From: a virus
Lineage: Duplodnaviria; Caudoviricetes
DNA length: 39,462 nt
Virus record (IMG/VR): IMGVR_UViG_3300036773_000051
Span: 1-39,462 of that record
Direction: 5' to 3' (one strand)
Part shown: piece by piece, positions 17,825-26,131 of the stretch
Layout: every line of letters starts with the position of its first letter
Numbering within the stretch: position 1 is the first letter of the stretch
Notes under the pieces: generated by a model
Told to the model about the DNA's origin: nothing
The model's input: only the letters and a program-made list of their open reading frames with translations
Databases searched by the model: none
Program-made: the position numbers and the translations under genes

Positions 17825-18508
17825 ATGGTCATCGGCGTACCGCGCACCTGGGCTACAAATGACAAGATCACCGCGACCATGTGGGACGCGGAAACCCGGG
17901 ACCAGTCCAACGGGCTGATCGGGCGCGCGTCCGCGATGGTCGTGAAAACCGTCGCGCACCTGTGGAGCAACTGTGACGACACCTTCGCGGCCGGGCAACT
18001 GCCGTCCGCGACACTCTGCAACGTCCAATTCGACAAAACCGCGTACGACTACGCGTACGACGGGTCCGCGATGGCTTACGGGTCGACGCTCATGGCGAAC
18101 ATCCCCGGCTGGTACCAGATCACGGGCGCGCATTACTGGAACACCAGCGGATACCTCGGGTCCGCGACCCCGCTGGTCGGGACCCGGAACTTGGCGTTGC
18201 AGGTCAATTCCTCGGGGCGCATGTTTTCGGTCGGCGGGCGCGTCATGTCCCCGGTCGCGTCAGACGCCGTCGCGTACGCATGGGTGCAGGACCCGTGCCT
18301 GTCACCGGCCGCCACGACGGCGCTCGTACAGCCGGTCCGGATCCGGGATGAGGTGTACCTGAACGCCGGGGATTATGTGGAGATGTTCGCCGGGCAGGAT
18401 TCCGGCGGGTTCCTGTATGACTACGTGGTGAACCCGGACACGGCGGCGGCCGGGCAGTTGCTGTCAGGATTCTCAGCGTTCATGGCCGCAAGGTGGGTGA
18501 GGAAATAA
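17825..18508 (+). CDS. Minor tail protein, C1q/TNF-like
   Basis: PRTW..IT..RDQ N-terminus; IPGWYQI; YLNAGDYVE. Confidence 0.7.
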   Translation: MVIGVPRTWATNDKITATMWDAETRDQSNGLIGRASAMVVKTVAHLWSNCDDTFAAGQLPSATLCNVQFDKTAYDYAYDGSAMAYGSTLMANIPGWYQITGAHYWNTSGYLGSATPLVGTRNLALQVNSSGRMFSVGGRVMSPVASDAVAYAWVQDPCLSPAATTALVQPVRIRDEVYLNAGDYVEMFAGQDSGGFLYDYVVNPDTAAAGQLLSGFSAFMAARWVRK

Positions 18509-19129
18509 ATGGGCACACTGCCGATCCCCGCCACGTTCATGCCGGGTGACCAACTCACGAATGCGAAACTGAACGGTGACCTGAAGCTGTCGCAGATGTC
18601 GCAGTTCCAGCCACCTCGAGCGAAAATGATCTACACCAAAGCTGATTCGATCATCACCGGGACGCAGCCGTTGGCGCCGTCGTTCGACGTGGCGTCCACG
18701 CGCGGGTCGACGGTGTTTGACGATGCGTGGGACGGGTCGAAACTCGTCAACTCCTCGGCCGCGAACGGGTTCCAGATCCAGATCCCCGGCAAATACCGGG
18801 TCCGCGCGCGGTGGACATGGCAGTACCTGTCAACCGCTTCAGCCGGGGTGCGCTATTTGGGGCTGTACATGAATTACAACTCCAACTTTGTCACTGTCGG
18901 CGGGAACATCGGCGCCCCACCGTCGGGTGTGTTCGGTGACATCAACGCGTTGCAGTGGGATTATTGCCGATGGATCAACGGCGGTCCGTGTTCGGCATCG
19001 ATCGATATCACCATGCCGTTGATTCAGGGCGCGTGTCTGCAACTGGGGATTTTCCAGAATTCCGGGGTGACGTTGCCGTACCAGAACGGTGCGCAGTTCT
19101 GCTGGTTCTCCTGCGAAATGGAGGCCTGA
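18509..19129 (+). CDS. Minor tail protein, C1q/TNF-like
   Basis: PATF..GDQLT..LN; IPGKYRV; LIQGACLQL. Confidence 0.7.
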   Translation: MGTLPIPATFMPGDQLTNAKLNGDLKLSQMSQFQPPRAKMIYTKADSIITGTQPLAPSFDVASTRGSTVFDDAWDGSKLVNSSAANGFQIQIPGKYRVRARWTWQYLSTASAGVRYLGLYMNYNSNFVTVGGNIGAPPSGVFGDINALQWDYCRWINGGPCSASIDITMPLIQGACLQLGIFQNSGVTLPYQNGAQFCWFSCEMEA

Positions 19130-19130
19130 C

Positions 19131-19751
19131 ATGCCGACAGGGACACCGCTGACATGGGCCGGGCAGTCACTCACGGCCGCGCTGGCGAACGCCGAATTCC
19201 GGGACCAGTTCATCGCGCTGTACGGGGCGCCGACCGCGCGCCTACGGCAGGACGGACTGTCAGCAGCCGGCGGTATTTCGGTGGCAACACAGACCATCGG
19301 GACACTGCACACAACGGTCACGACCGCGAACCGGATGACGTTCGTCACCGCGCAGTCGAACGCGTACACGGGCGCCATGACCACCGGAAGTTCCCCTTTC
19401 TCCCGGCTCATCGCACCCATCGACGGGATTTACGAGGCCGGCGGGATCCTCGTTTTCCAGGGATGGGGCGCGGCCGGCCCGGGCGCGGCGTGCGCGCTGC
19501 TGCGGAAAAACGGCACCACGTTCATTGACATCAAAGAGACACGCCCTGATGATGCGTCCGCGATCATCGGCCCGCAACGGCAAGCGGTCGGCACGTCCGG
19601 GGGCAGCACGTCCCCGGCGGTGGGGACCCCGGTGCAGATGAGTGCCGGGGATTTCATCGAGATTTATGGCACGGTCAATACCGGGTTCGGCCCGATCAAC
19701 ATATGGGGCGGATCGTCGATGTACCTGACCTGGAAAGGCAACCTCGCGTGA
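19131..19751 (+). CDS. Minor tail protein, C1q/TNF-like (206 aa)
   Basis: PLTW..LT..RDQ; IDGIYEA; MSAGDFIE; GGAGG RBS. Confidence 0.7.
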   Translation: MPTGTPLTWAGQSLTAALANAEFRDQFIALYGAPTARLRQDGLSAAGGISVATQTIGTLHTTVTTANRMTFVTAQSNAYTGAMTTGSSPFSRLIAPIDGIYEAGGILVFQGWGAAGPGAACALLRKNGTTFIDIKETRPDDASAIIGPQRQAVGTSGGSTSPAVGTPVQMSAGDFIEIYGTVNTGFGPINIWGGSSMYLTWKGNLA

Positions 19752-20794
19752 CGAAACCGCAGTCGATCGTCCGCCGTCAATGGGAAACGCTCGCGCTGGA
19801 ATGCATCGCGAACGCCGAAGCGTACGCCGGCAACCCGGATCCTGGGCTGAACCAGAACGGCCCCATTTTCGCCACCCTCGCGAACGCGGTCGGCGAAATC
19901 CGGGGCTGGACGGACCCGCGCCTGCAAGGTTGGTTCGACACCGCTGTAGGAGTGCGGTCCGCGTCCGGCGGGTACGGCGTCGGCGCGTCCCTGGACGGTC
20001 TGCCGGTCGACACGGACTTCCTGGTGACGACGTCGTATTTCGTGGCACCCCGGTTGGCGGCCGGGTACGACCACGGGCTCGTGTCGCAAGCCGACATGGA
20101 CGTGATCCTGGATCGGGTGCGGTTGTGGCCGGCGTTCGCGTTCAACTGGGGAATCTCAGGGCAACCGGGAGCGCTGCCGGACTACTCGTCGACGCCGGCC
20201 GGCGGGATCACCAACCAGCACACGCAGGACCGGATCTGGAACGTGGTCGCCACCGCCGCCACGTTCCTGCTGTACAACCGCGACAAGCATTCCTCGGCCG
20301 CCGGCCGAGCGGACTGCCTAGCCAAGGGCACGGCGTGGAAGAACGGCATCACCTGGTCGCTGAACCGGCCGAACAACGTCGGCGGGTGGGTGTACCGAGG
20401 CGTCCCCGGGATCGCGGGTATCCCGGCGACGCAGCCCCGGCAGGACGGTGGCCACAACGCGCCGTGCGCGAACATGTCGCCATGGCTGTCGAGTGGATCG
20501 GCGGCGTATATGGCGCAACTCGCGAACGGCATCACCCCTGGCGACATCGCGGCCGTGTCGAGCGGTACCGCCGCCGGCTGTTACCGGGCCGGCGCGATGG
20601 CGATCATGTCGCAACACGCCGACGCCGTGGGCGCCCGCGCGAGCTCGCCGACGGGGCGCATGTCGTACGCGGATGAGCTGATCGGGCAGATTGACGCCGC
20701 GATCGCGGACGGCGCGGCCAGCACAGACCCGGGCGGGTGGGCCGTGAACGCCCTCAACTGCTGGCTGATCCAGAAGTTGGGCGACACTCTGTAG
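19748..20794 (+). CDS. Hypothetical protein, possible (alpha/alpha)-toroid glycan-active enzyme (348 aa)
   Basis: GTGA overlap; helical, with YSSTP..IWNVVA, GGWVY, DGGH motifs. Confidence 0.55.
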   Translation: MTKPQSIVRRQWETLALECIANAEAYAGNPDPGLNQNGPIFATLANAVGEIRGWTDPRLQGWFDTAVGVRSASGGYGVGASLDGLPVDTDFLVTTSYFVAPRLAAGYDHGLVSQADMDVILDRVRLWPAFAFNWGISGQPGALPDYSSTPAGGITNQHTQDRIWNVVATAATFLLYNRDKHSSAAGRADCLAKGTAWKNGITWSLNRPNNVGGWVYRGVPGIAGIPATQPRQDGGHNAPCANMSPWLSSGSAAYMAQLANGITPGDIAAVSSGTAAGCYRAGAMAIMSQHADAVGARASSPTGRMSYADELIGQIDAAIADGAASTDPGGWAVNALNCWLIQKLGDTL

Positions 20795-20814
20795 GACAAC
20801 GGAAGGGTGGGGGC

Positions 20815-21885
20815 ATGATCAAACTGATCGACGCGTACACGCCAACAACGATGCCGGCCGGCTGGACCGCGATGGCGCTGATTCACAAGGCAACACAAGG
20901 GGTGACGAACCAGCAGGCCGCGTACCCGACCCGGCGAACGCAACACAACACGGCCGGGAAAGCAGCGTTCGGGGCGTACCACGCGTTCATGGGCAACGCC
21001 GACGCTGCCGCGCAAGCGCGCTGGTTTGTGGCGTACGCGAAACCGGTCGCCGGGGATATCCTCGCGCTCGATCTGGAGAATTTCGACGGGTCGTGGTCCG
21101 GGAAAAGCAGGGCGCAGTTGGCGTCGATGGCGAAAACGTTCCTCGCCACGGTCCGGTTCCTGTGCCCGCGCAACAAACTGGTCCTGTACTGCAACCGGTC
21201 GGATTACAACACGATCGTGAAAGCGTATGGAGTGCCGCTATACGACGGGTTGTGGTTGGCGACGCTCGACAACACCCGCCCGACCGCGTACCCGTGGATC
21301 ATCTGCCAGTACGCCGTCATCGCCGGGGTGGACTGGAATGACGCCAAATTCAACACCCAAGCTGAGCTGAAGTCGTGGGCGGCCGGCCGCCCACCCGTCG
21401 TGGAGCCGAAAGAGGATGACCAGATGGACGCATGCATCATCGACGGGCAGCTGGCTGTGTTCACGGTCGGCACCGACGGTTTCGTGTATGTCACTACCGA
21501 CCACGAGGGCGACTTGTGGGCGCTGGTGACCGACGACCGCAAGTACGCGCCCGGCATCACCTGCATCCCGGACTTTGACGGGACCGGGGCGTTCGCGGCG
21601 GTGCGGACCCCGGACAAAGCTGTGCACCTGTTGAAGGTCCCGAACGCCACGAAACCGATCACGCAGCTCGACAAGGTGGGGCCGGCGGCCGGTTTCGTCG
21701 ATCAGGCCATCGGCGGGTCCGGGAACGGCACCCCGTCCATCACCGCTCTGCCTGATCAGACGCTGGTGTTTTTCGTGAAGGGCACGTTCACCACGGGTGA
21801 GTTTGCGAACCGGATCTACACGAAGCAGATCCGGCGGGATGGGACGGTTGTGGAGTGGAACCCGACCGAGGGCGCGGCGCTGTAG
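20815..21885 (+). CDS. Endolysin: GH25 muramidase plus C-terminal beta-rich binding domain (356 aa)
   Basis: IDAY, KATQG, GAYH, ALDLE (DxE), LWLA..ICQY..VDWN motifs. Confidence 0.9.
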   Translation: MIKLIDAYTPTTMPAGWTAMALIHKATQGVTNQQAAYPTRRTQHNTAGKAAFGAYHAFMGNADAAAQARWFVAYAKPVAGDILALDLENFDGSWSGKSRAQLASMAKTFLATVRFLCPRNKLVLYCNRSDYNTIVKAYGVPLYDGLWLATLDNTRPTAYPWIICQYAVIAGVDWNDAKFNTQAELKSWAAGRPPVVEPKEDDQMDACIIDGQLAVFTVGTDGFVYVTTDHEGDLWALVTDDRKYAPGITCIPDFDGTGAFAAVRTPDKAVHLLKVPNATKPITQLDKVGPAAGFVDQAIGGSGNGTPSITALPDQTLVFFVKGTFTTGEFANRIYTKQIRRDGTVVEWNPTEGAAL

Positions 21886-21947
21886 CCGGAACCGACACAT
21901 GATCGACAATGACGGGATGGGGCGGGCCGGATACGTAGGGTGGCGGC

Positions 21948-22205
21948 ATGGCATGGGATGGCACTCAAGTGGCGCTCGCGCTCGGGGGTGTAACGGGTGT
22001 CCTGACCGCCGTCGGTGGCCTCATTCTCGGCATCAAACAGCTCCGCCAGTCACGGGACACAGAAGTCCGATCGACGCGCGCAACCAACCGGCGGTTGCTC
22101 GCGCTCGTCGATACATTGGACGCGTATATATACCGGATTCGGAAGCGTCTACGGGAGCATGGCGAGGAACCGGAACCGCTACCGGTGAGGGATGACGACC
22201 TGTGA
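21948..22205 (+). CDS. Single-TM lysis-cassette protein (holin-like)
   Basis: N-terminal TM plus charged coiled coil; follows endolysin. Confidence 0.65.
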   Translation: MAWDGTQVALALGGVTGVLTAVGGLILGIKQLRQSRDTEVRSTRATNRRLLALVDTLDAYIYRIRKRLREHGEEPEPLPVRDDDL

Positions 22206-22963
22206 CGGACCAGACGACGATGGAGATCAGGCACAGCCGGCGGGGTGTGCCGGTGTGGGCCGTGGTCGTGATCGCTGGGTTGGTCCTCACGTTGGCGACC
22301 ATCATCGTTGGGTTCTCCCGCTCGCAAGCCAGGGACACCGCTCAGGACGTAGCCATCAACGGGCTCACAGCGGACTCGAACGCGTACCGGAAGGCGCTCG
22401 CTGAGCGGGGCGTGAACCCGAACACCGTCGCGCCGCCGCCAGCCGCACGCACAGGTGACCTGCCGGTGACCGGCGCCCAGGGCGCGCCCGGCGCGAACGC
22501 GACCGACGGGCAAGTCATCGCCGCCGTGACCGTGTACTTCGCCCAACACCCAGTCGCGAACGGGAAGGACGCCACCCCGGCGGACATCGCCGCCGCAGTC
22601 GCGACGTACATCTCGGCGCACCCGCCGGCCGCAGGCCCGGCCGGGACGAACGGCACCAACGGCACCGACGGGAACAACGCCACCGACCAGCAGGTCACTG
22701 ACGCGGTCGCCGCGTACTGCAACGCCCACGGCGAGTGCCGTGGCCAGGACGGGAAAGAGGGGCCGGTGGGGCCGGTATGCCCGGCGGGGCAGTCGATGCA
22801 ACCGCTCCCGGTACCGTACGACGCGTACAGCGCGTGCAAGGCGGACCCGGACCCGTCGCCATCACCGACCGCGCTGTGGCTGCTGCCGTTCCTGGCGGTC
22901 CCCGGCCAGCGCCGCCTGTACGTCGCCCGGCATAGCGTGTCGCGGCCGGCGCCGTCGCTGTGA
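22202..22963 (+). CDS. Membrane-anchored collagen-like protein
   Basis: N-terminal TM; Gly-X-Y runs alternating with short helices; Cys-rich C-terminus. Confidence 0.7.
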   Translation: MTDQTTMEIRHSRRGVPVWAVVVIAGLVLTLATIIVGFSRSQARDTAQDVAINGLTADSNAYRKALAERGVNPNTVAPPPAARTGDLPVTGAQGAPGANATDGQVIAAVTVYFAQHPVANGKDATPADIAAAVATYISAHPPAAGPAGTNGTNGTDGNNATDQQVTDAVAAYCNAHGECRGQDGKEGPVGPVCPAGQSMQPLPVPYDAYSACKADPDPSPSPTALWLLPFLAVPGQRRLYVARHSVSRPAPSL

Positions 22964-23011
22964 CCGGCCATTCTGGGGACCGTTCAACCACACACCCGTA
23001 GGGGGCAAGCA

Positions 23012-23374
23012 ATGCTCTGGTTCCGTAGGCACCTTGTGGTGCTGCAATCCGTTCTGATCGCGCTGGCCGCGATGCTCGCGATCCCGTTGATGGTTCCCAT
23101 GTCCACCCGTGACGCGATCGTGGCCGTACTCGCCGCTGTACTCGGTTTCGTGGCCATGCTCGGAGTGGCCGCCGCTGACAAGCTCGTACCGGCCGCTGTC
23201 GGTCTGGTGAAAGCCGCGTTCTACCTCGCGGTGTTGCTGGGCGCGCACGGGTTCTGGGCCGATCCGGCGTTTCAGGCGTCCGTGATCGCCGTGATCGAGC
23301 TGGGGTCGGGTCTGCTGGTGGCGCAACTTGTGCAATCGAATGTGCCGGTAACGGCGTTACCGAACAGCAGGTAA
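23012..23374 (+). CDS. Holin, multi-TM
   Basis: About four hydrophobic segments in 120 aa; end of lysis cassette. Confidence 0.7.
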   Translation: MLWFRRHLVVLQSVLIALAAMLAIPLMVPMSTRDAIVAVLAAVLGFVAMLGVAAADKLVPAAVGLVKAAFYLAVLLGAHGFWADPAFQASVIAVIELGSGLLVAQLVQSNVPVTALPNSR

Positions 23375-23389
23375 CGGGTACCAGCACGA

Positions 23390-23476
23390 GGCGGCCCGGC
23401 GACTCAACCCGCCGGGCCGTCCCCCTTGTACAGGTCGGCCGGCGGCGCGTTGCCCCCACTCGCGCGCCGGCCGGCC
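23390..23476. terminator. Tandem hairpins between convergent operons
   Basis: GGCGGCCCGGCG/CGCCGGGCCGTC (23390-23421) and GGTCGGCCGGCGGCG/CGCGCCGGCCGGCC (23433-23476). Confidence 0.6.
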
Positions 23477-23640
23477 GCCCGCCTTGCTAAAGGGGGAGCG
23501 ACCGGCCAACTGAGGCCGGGTTGCCGTGCCTGATCTCACCCGGCCGCGACGGCTGCCACTGTTCCGATCGATCCCGCATCACGTCAATCCCCGGACGCGT
23601 AAACAGTGACCATTACCGGGGTGCCCGGCCGCCTTCTTTT

Positions 23641-23829
23641 TCACACCAGGTGCAGCAGCATCGCCAGACTGAACGCCCCACCGAAGAGCACAGAGCCGGC
23701 CGCGATCAGGACCAGCGCGCACCATCGGCCGGTCGCGTCGGCTTGCGCCCCGGCGTCCCGGATCTGCTGCACCACAGGGTGGTTCTCTCGCCGTTTCTTC
23801 GGCTGTTTGTGCTCGTACGGCACTGTCAT
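23641..23829 (-). CDS. Small membrane protein
   Basis: C-terminal TM; ATGA coupling. Confidence 0.65.
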   Translation of the reverse strand: MTVPYEHKQPKKRRENHPVVQQIRDAGAQADATGRWCALVLIAAGSVLFGGAFSLAMLLHLV

Positions 23830-24032
23830 TCTCCGTCTCTGAGGACTTCTAGCGTCGCCGCGAGTTGCAGCAACGACTCCTTGCGGCCGGCGCGGCGGAT
23901 CAATGCGTCCCGCTTATCCGGGTCATGCGCGACTCGCTGAATCTCCGTGTTGATGATGTCAACAGCTTGCCGGATCTGTTGCTGCACGTCGCTGATCGCC
24001 TGTTCGTAACCGCGATCCCGGGGCGCCGGCAT
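23826..24032 (-). CDS. Hypothetical helical protein (68 aa)
   Basis: MPAPRDRGYEQAISD..; operon packing. Confidence 0.65.
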   Translation of the reverse strand: MPAPRDRGYEQAISDVQQQIRQAVDIINTEIQRVAHDPDKRDALIRRAGRKESLLQLAATLEVLRDGE

Positions 24033-24034
24033 GG

Positions 24035-24427
24035 CTACATCGCTTCCCGGGGGACGTGCGTTTCGACACGGAGCCGGCGCCACCCGACCAGGAACATCGC
24101 TGTCTCAGCGGGCAACAGATCGCCCTCCTCGTCGACGGTCCAGTATCGAACCTCACTGCCGGGGTAGGTGACGGCGCGGACTTTGTCCCACGCGAGTTGT
24201 TTCAACGCGTGCCCGTCGGCGACCACGGCCGGCGTGACCCACCCGTACCAGGAATGGGTGGTGCCGGCCGCCCAATGCAGGCACAGGTCGCAGCGGACCA
24301 TCTCAGCCGGCGCTGGCCCCGCCGGGTCGCCTTGGAAGGTGGGGCACCGATCCGTGTCGCCTTTCCCGCCGGGGCGGCAGTGCGCGAGCGCCCCATATTT
24401 GGTGCGCTGCCAAACGACGGCGGTCAT
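24035..24427 (-). CDS. Hypothetical protein (130 aa), Cys/His cluster
   Basis: MTAVVWQRTKYG..HC..C..CDLC; ATGA overlap. Confidence 0.65.
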   Translation of the reverse strand: MTAVVWQRTKYGALAHCRPGGKGDTDRCPTFQGDPAGPAPAEMVRCDLCLHWAAGTTHSWYGWVTPAVVADGHALKQLAWDKVRAVTYPGSEVRYWTVDEEGDLLPAETAMFLVGWRRLRVETHVPREAM

Positions 24428-24555
24428 GACGGGAGACCGCCTGAAAGGGCCACGACGATGAGGACAATCAGCGCGATCACGAGCACCGTCGAAAAGATCA
24501 TCATCAGGACAAGGAATACCGCCAGTGCGGTTTCCGTGAACTTTTCCAGGTTCAT
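24424..24555 (-). CDS. Small membrane protein (43 aa)
   Basis: MNLEKFTETALAVFLVLMMIF..; ATGA overlaps. Confidence 0.6.
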   Translation of the reverse strand: MNLEKFTETALAVFLVLMMIFSTVLVIALIVLIVVALSGGLPS

Positions 24556-24629
24556 GAGAGCACGTATCCAATCGCTGCGAGGATGAGCAGGGCCAGGATG
24601 ATCCCGAACCACAACGGCGGCGGTCTCAC
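24552..24629 (-). CDS. Membrane microprotein (25 aa, not in ORF track)
   Basis: MRPPPLWFGIILALLILAAIGYVLS; 4-bp overlaps at both ends. Confidence 0.6.
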   Translation of the reverse strand: MRPPPLWFGIILALLILAAIGYVLS

Positions 24630-24961
24630 GATTCGTCGTCGAGGGTGAAGCCGGCGGTCACAGACCCGGGATCGCTGGCGGCTATCTCGGTGGCGGCTTT
24701 GGCTTCTCGCGCCGCTTTACGCTCGGCTGCTTCCCGCTCGTACCGCAACTGGCCGAGATGGTCACGACCGGTCTGCACCAATTCGTCGAGCGCGTCGAGT
24801 GCATCCCTGACTATGGTCTCTTTGCCGGCACCCTGGTTTTCGCGGATGACGAGACGCGCTTTTGGGCTGTCGCCAAAGAACTGCAATTCGAGGTCTACCC
24901 CAAAAGACAATTCGACACGGTACGTTACGTCGCGGGTAATGGCTGGTTTTTCGGTGGTCAT
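24626..24961 (-). CDS. Hypothetical protein
   Basis: Coupled ORF in the leftward operon. Confidence 0.7.
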   Translation of the reverse strand: MTTEKPAITRDVTYRVELSFGVDLELQFFGDSPKARLVIRENQGAGKETIVRDALDALDELVQTGRDHLGQLRYEREAAERKAAREAKAATEIAASDPGSVTAGFTLDDES

Positions 24962-25194
24962 AGTTCGCCTTTCCAGAGCGCGAGTCGGGTGGTGGCGGGG
25001 TCGGTGACGAGTGACGTGTTGTGGTCGATGACGGCGGTGTGGTGTTCGCGGATCGCGATGTTGGCTTGTTCGATCAGCCGGTTGGCGTGCCCTACCCGCC
25101 CGTCGCGGCGGGCGGCGCGGGCAGCTGCGACGAGGCGCTGCGTTTCGAGCGCTTTCAGGGTGACCAGGGCTGCGTATTGGGCGGGTGTGCTCAT
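24958..25194 (-). CDS. Hypothetical protein
   Basis: Coupled ORF, GAAAGG RBS. Confidence 0.65.
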   Translation of the reverse strand: MSTPAQYAALVTLKALETQRLVAAARAARRDGRVGHANRLIEQANIAIREHHTAVIDHNTSLVTDPATTRLALWKGEL

Positions 25195-25286
25195 CGGGTG
25201 GCCTTTCGGCGCCGGGCGGCGGCCGTGTCGAGGGCGTACAGGACAGCGAAGATGCCCAGGTTGAGGGCGATACCGAGGGCGGTCAT
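25191..25286 (-). CDS. Membrane microprotein (31 aa)
   Basis: MTALGIALNLGIFAVLYALDTAAARRRKATR; ATGA overlaps. Confidence 0.55.
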   Translation of the reverse strand: MTALGIALNLGIFAVLYALDTAAARRRKATR

Positions 25287-25510
25287 TGGCCGGCCGCCAT
25301 GTGCTGCGCGACCTCGTACGCTTCCGCTTTCCCGTCGTGCCACGCGATCAGCGTCGCGTAGGACAGCCGCAGGTCGAGGTCGACCGTGGATTGCAGCCGG
25401 GTTGCCTCGCTCCGGTGGTAGTTGGCGAGGGTATGGAACTGGTGGGTGAGGGGGTGGGCTCGCAGGTCCCGTATCCACGCGTGGCCGGGATCGACCGTCG
25501 GCGCGGTCAC
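25283..25510 (-). CDS. Hypothetical protein (75 aa)
   Basis: GTG 25510 overlaps the upstream stop. Confidence 0.6.
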   Translation of the reverse strand: MTAPTVDPGHAWIRDLRAHPLTHQFHTLANYHRSEATRLQSTVDLDLRLSYATLIAWHDGKAEAYEVAQHMAAGQ

Positions 25511-25755
25511 CGGGCAACCCGTCCGTACACGCAGATCGGTTCCCCGCTGTCGTGGTCGGTTTGGCCGGTGAAATAGCAGGTGGTGGTGGTTTCCATGTCG
25601 CTGCCGGGTTGACCGACGTTGCCTTGCGGGCCGGCGGGGCCGGCGGGACCGCGCGAGAACACCGCGCCGGCTGCCGTGCCGCCGGCCGCCGCGAGGATCT
25701 GGCAGGCCATGAACAGGACCAGCAGCCAGACCGCTAGTCGTTTGCTGATGAGCAT
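25507..25755 (-). CDS. Secreted/membrane protein with short collagen-like run (82 aa)
   Basis: Signal/TM, GPAGPAGPQGNVGQPG, Cys pair; CCACGGAAGG RBS. Confidence 0.7.
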   Translation of the reverse strand: MLISKRLAVWLLVLFMACQILAAAGGTAAGAVFSRGPAGPAGPQGNVGQPGSDMETTTTCYFTGQTDHDSGEPICVYGRVAR

Positions 25756-25778
25756 TTCGGGTGCCTTCCGTGGGGGGT

Positions 25779-25946
25779 TTAGCGGGGTGTGAGCGCGGTC
25801 TGCCGGTCGGCCGCGCGGTGGCCTGCGATGTGGGCCGAGACACAGGCGACGCACACGGCGCGGTCGCATTTGGTGCAGTAGTTGCCGCGCGCCATGTCCT
25901 GGCAGATGCAGCGGTCGAATTTCCGGCGACGACTGAACTTGATCAT
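25779..25946 (-). CDS. B-box-like Zn-finger microprotein (55 aa, not in ORF track)
   Basis: C-x-C-x8-C-x2-C-x4-C-x2-C-x3-H-x3-H; GGAAGG RBS. Confidence 0.7.
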   Translation of the reverse strand: MIKFSRRRKFDRCICQDMARGNYCTKCDRAVCVACVSAHIAGHRAADRQTALTPR

Positions 25947-25976
25947 GGCTACCTTCCGTTGATCGTGATGTCCGGA

Positions 25977-26131
25977 TGCGGTGACCGGCCTTCTGTAGGT
26001 TCACAGCTCCACAGGATCCGTCGAGACCTAACCCGCGCGAGCCGGCGAGTTGTCCGCTCGATCCTGTGGAGTTGTCAGCTTGCGGTGACCGGCCGCCCGT
26101 GAGCCCTTTGGCGTCACGAGCGGCCGGACAA
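25977..26131 (-). ncRNA. Structured intergenic leader (candidate attenuator)
   Basis: 14-bp direct repeats, a 16-bp inverted repeat and a GC hairpin at 26089-26127. Confidence 0.4.

Noticed and set aside
17825-19751. Diversity-generating retroelement acting on the tail adhesins
   Set aside because: No reverse transcriptase and no template/variable repeat pair seen
26019-26027. CGTCGAGAC, reverse complement of GTCTCGACG at 32078-32086
   Set aside because: A 9-nt match between regions of this size is about chance level
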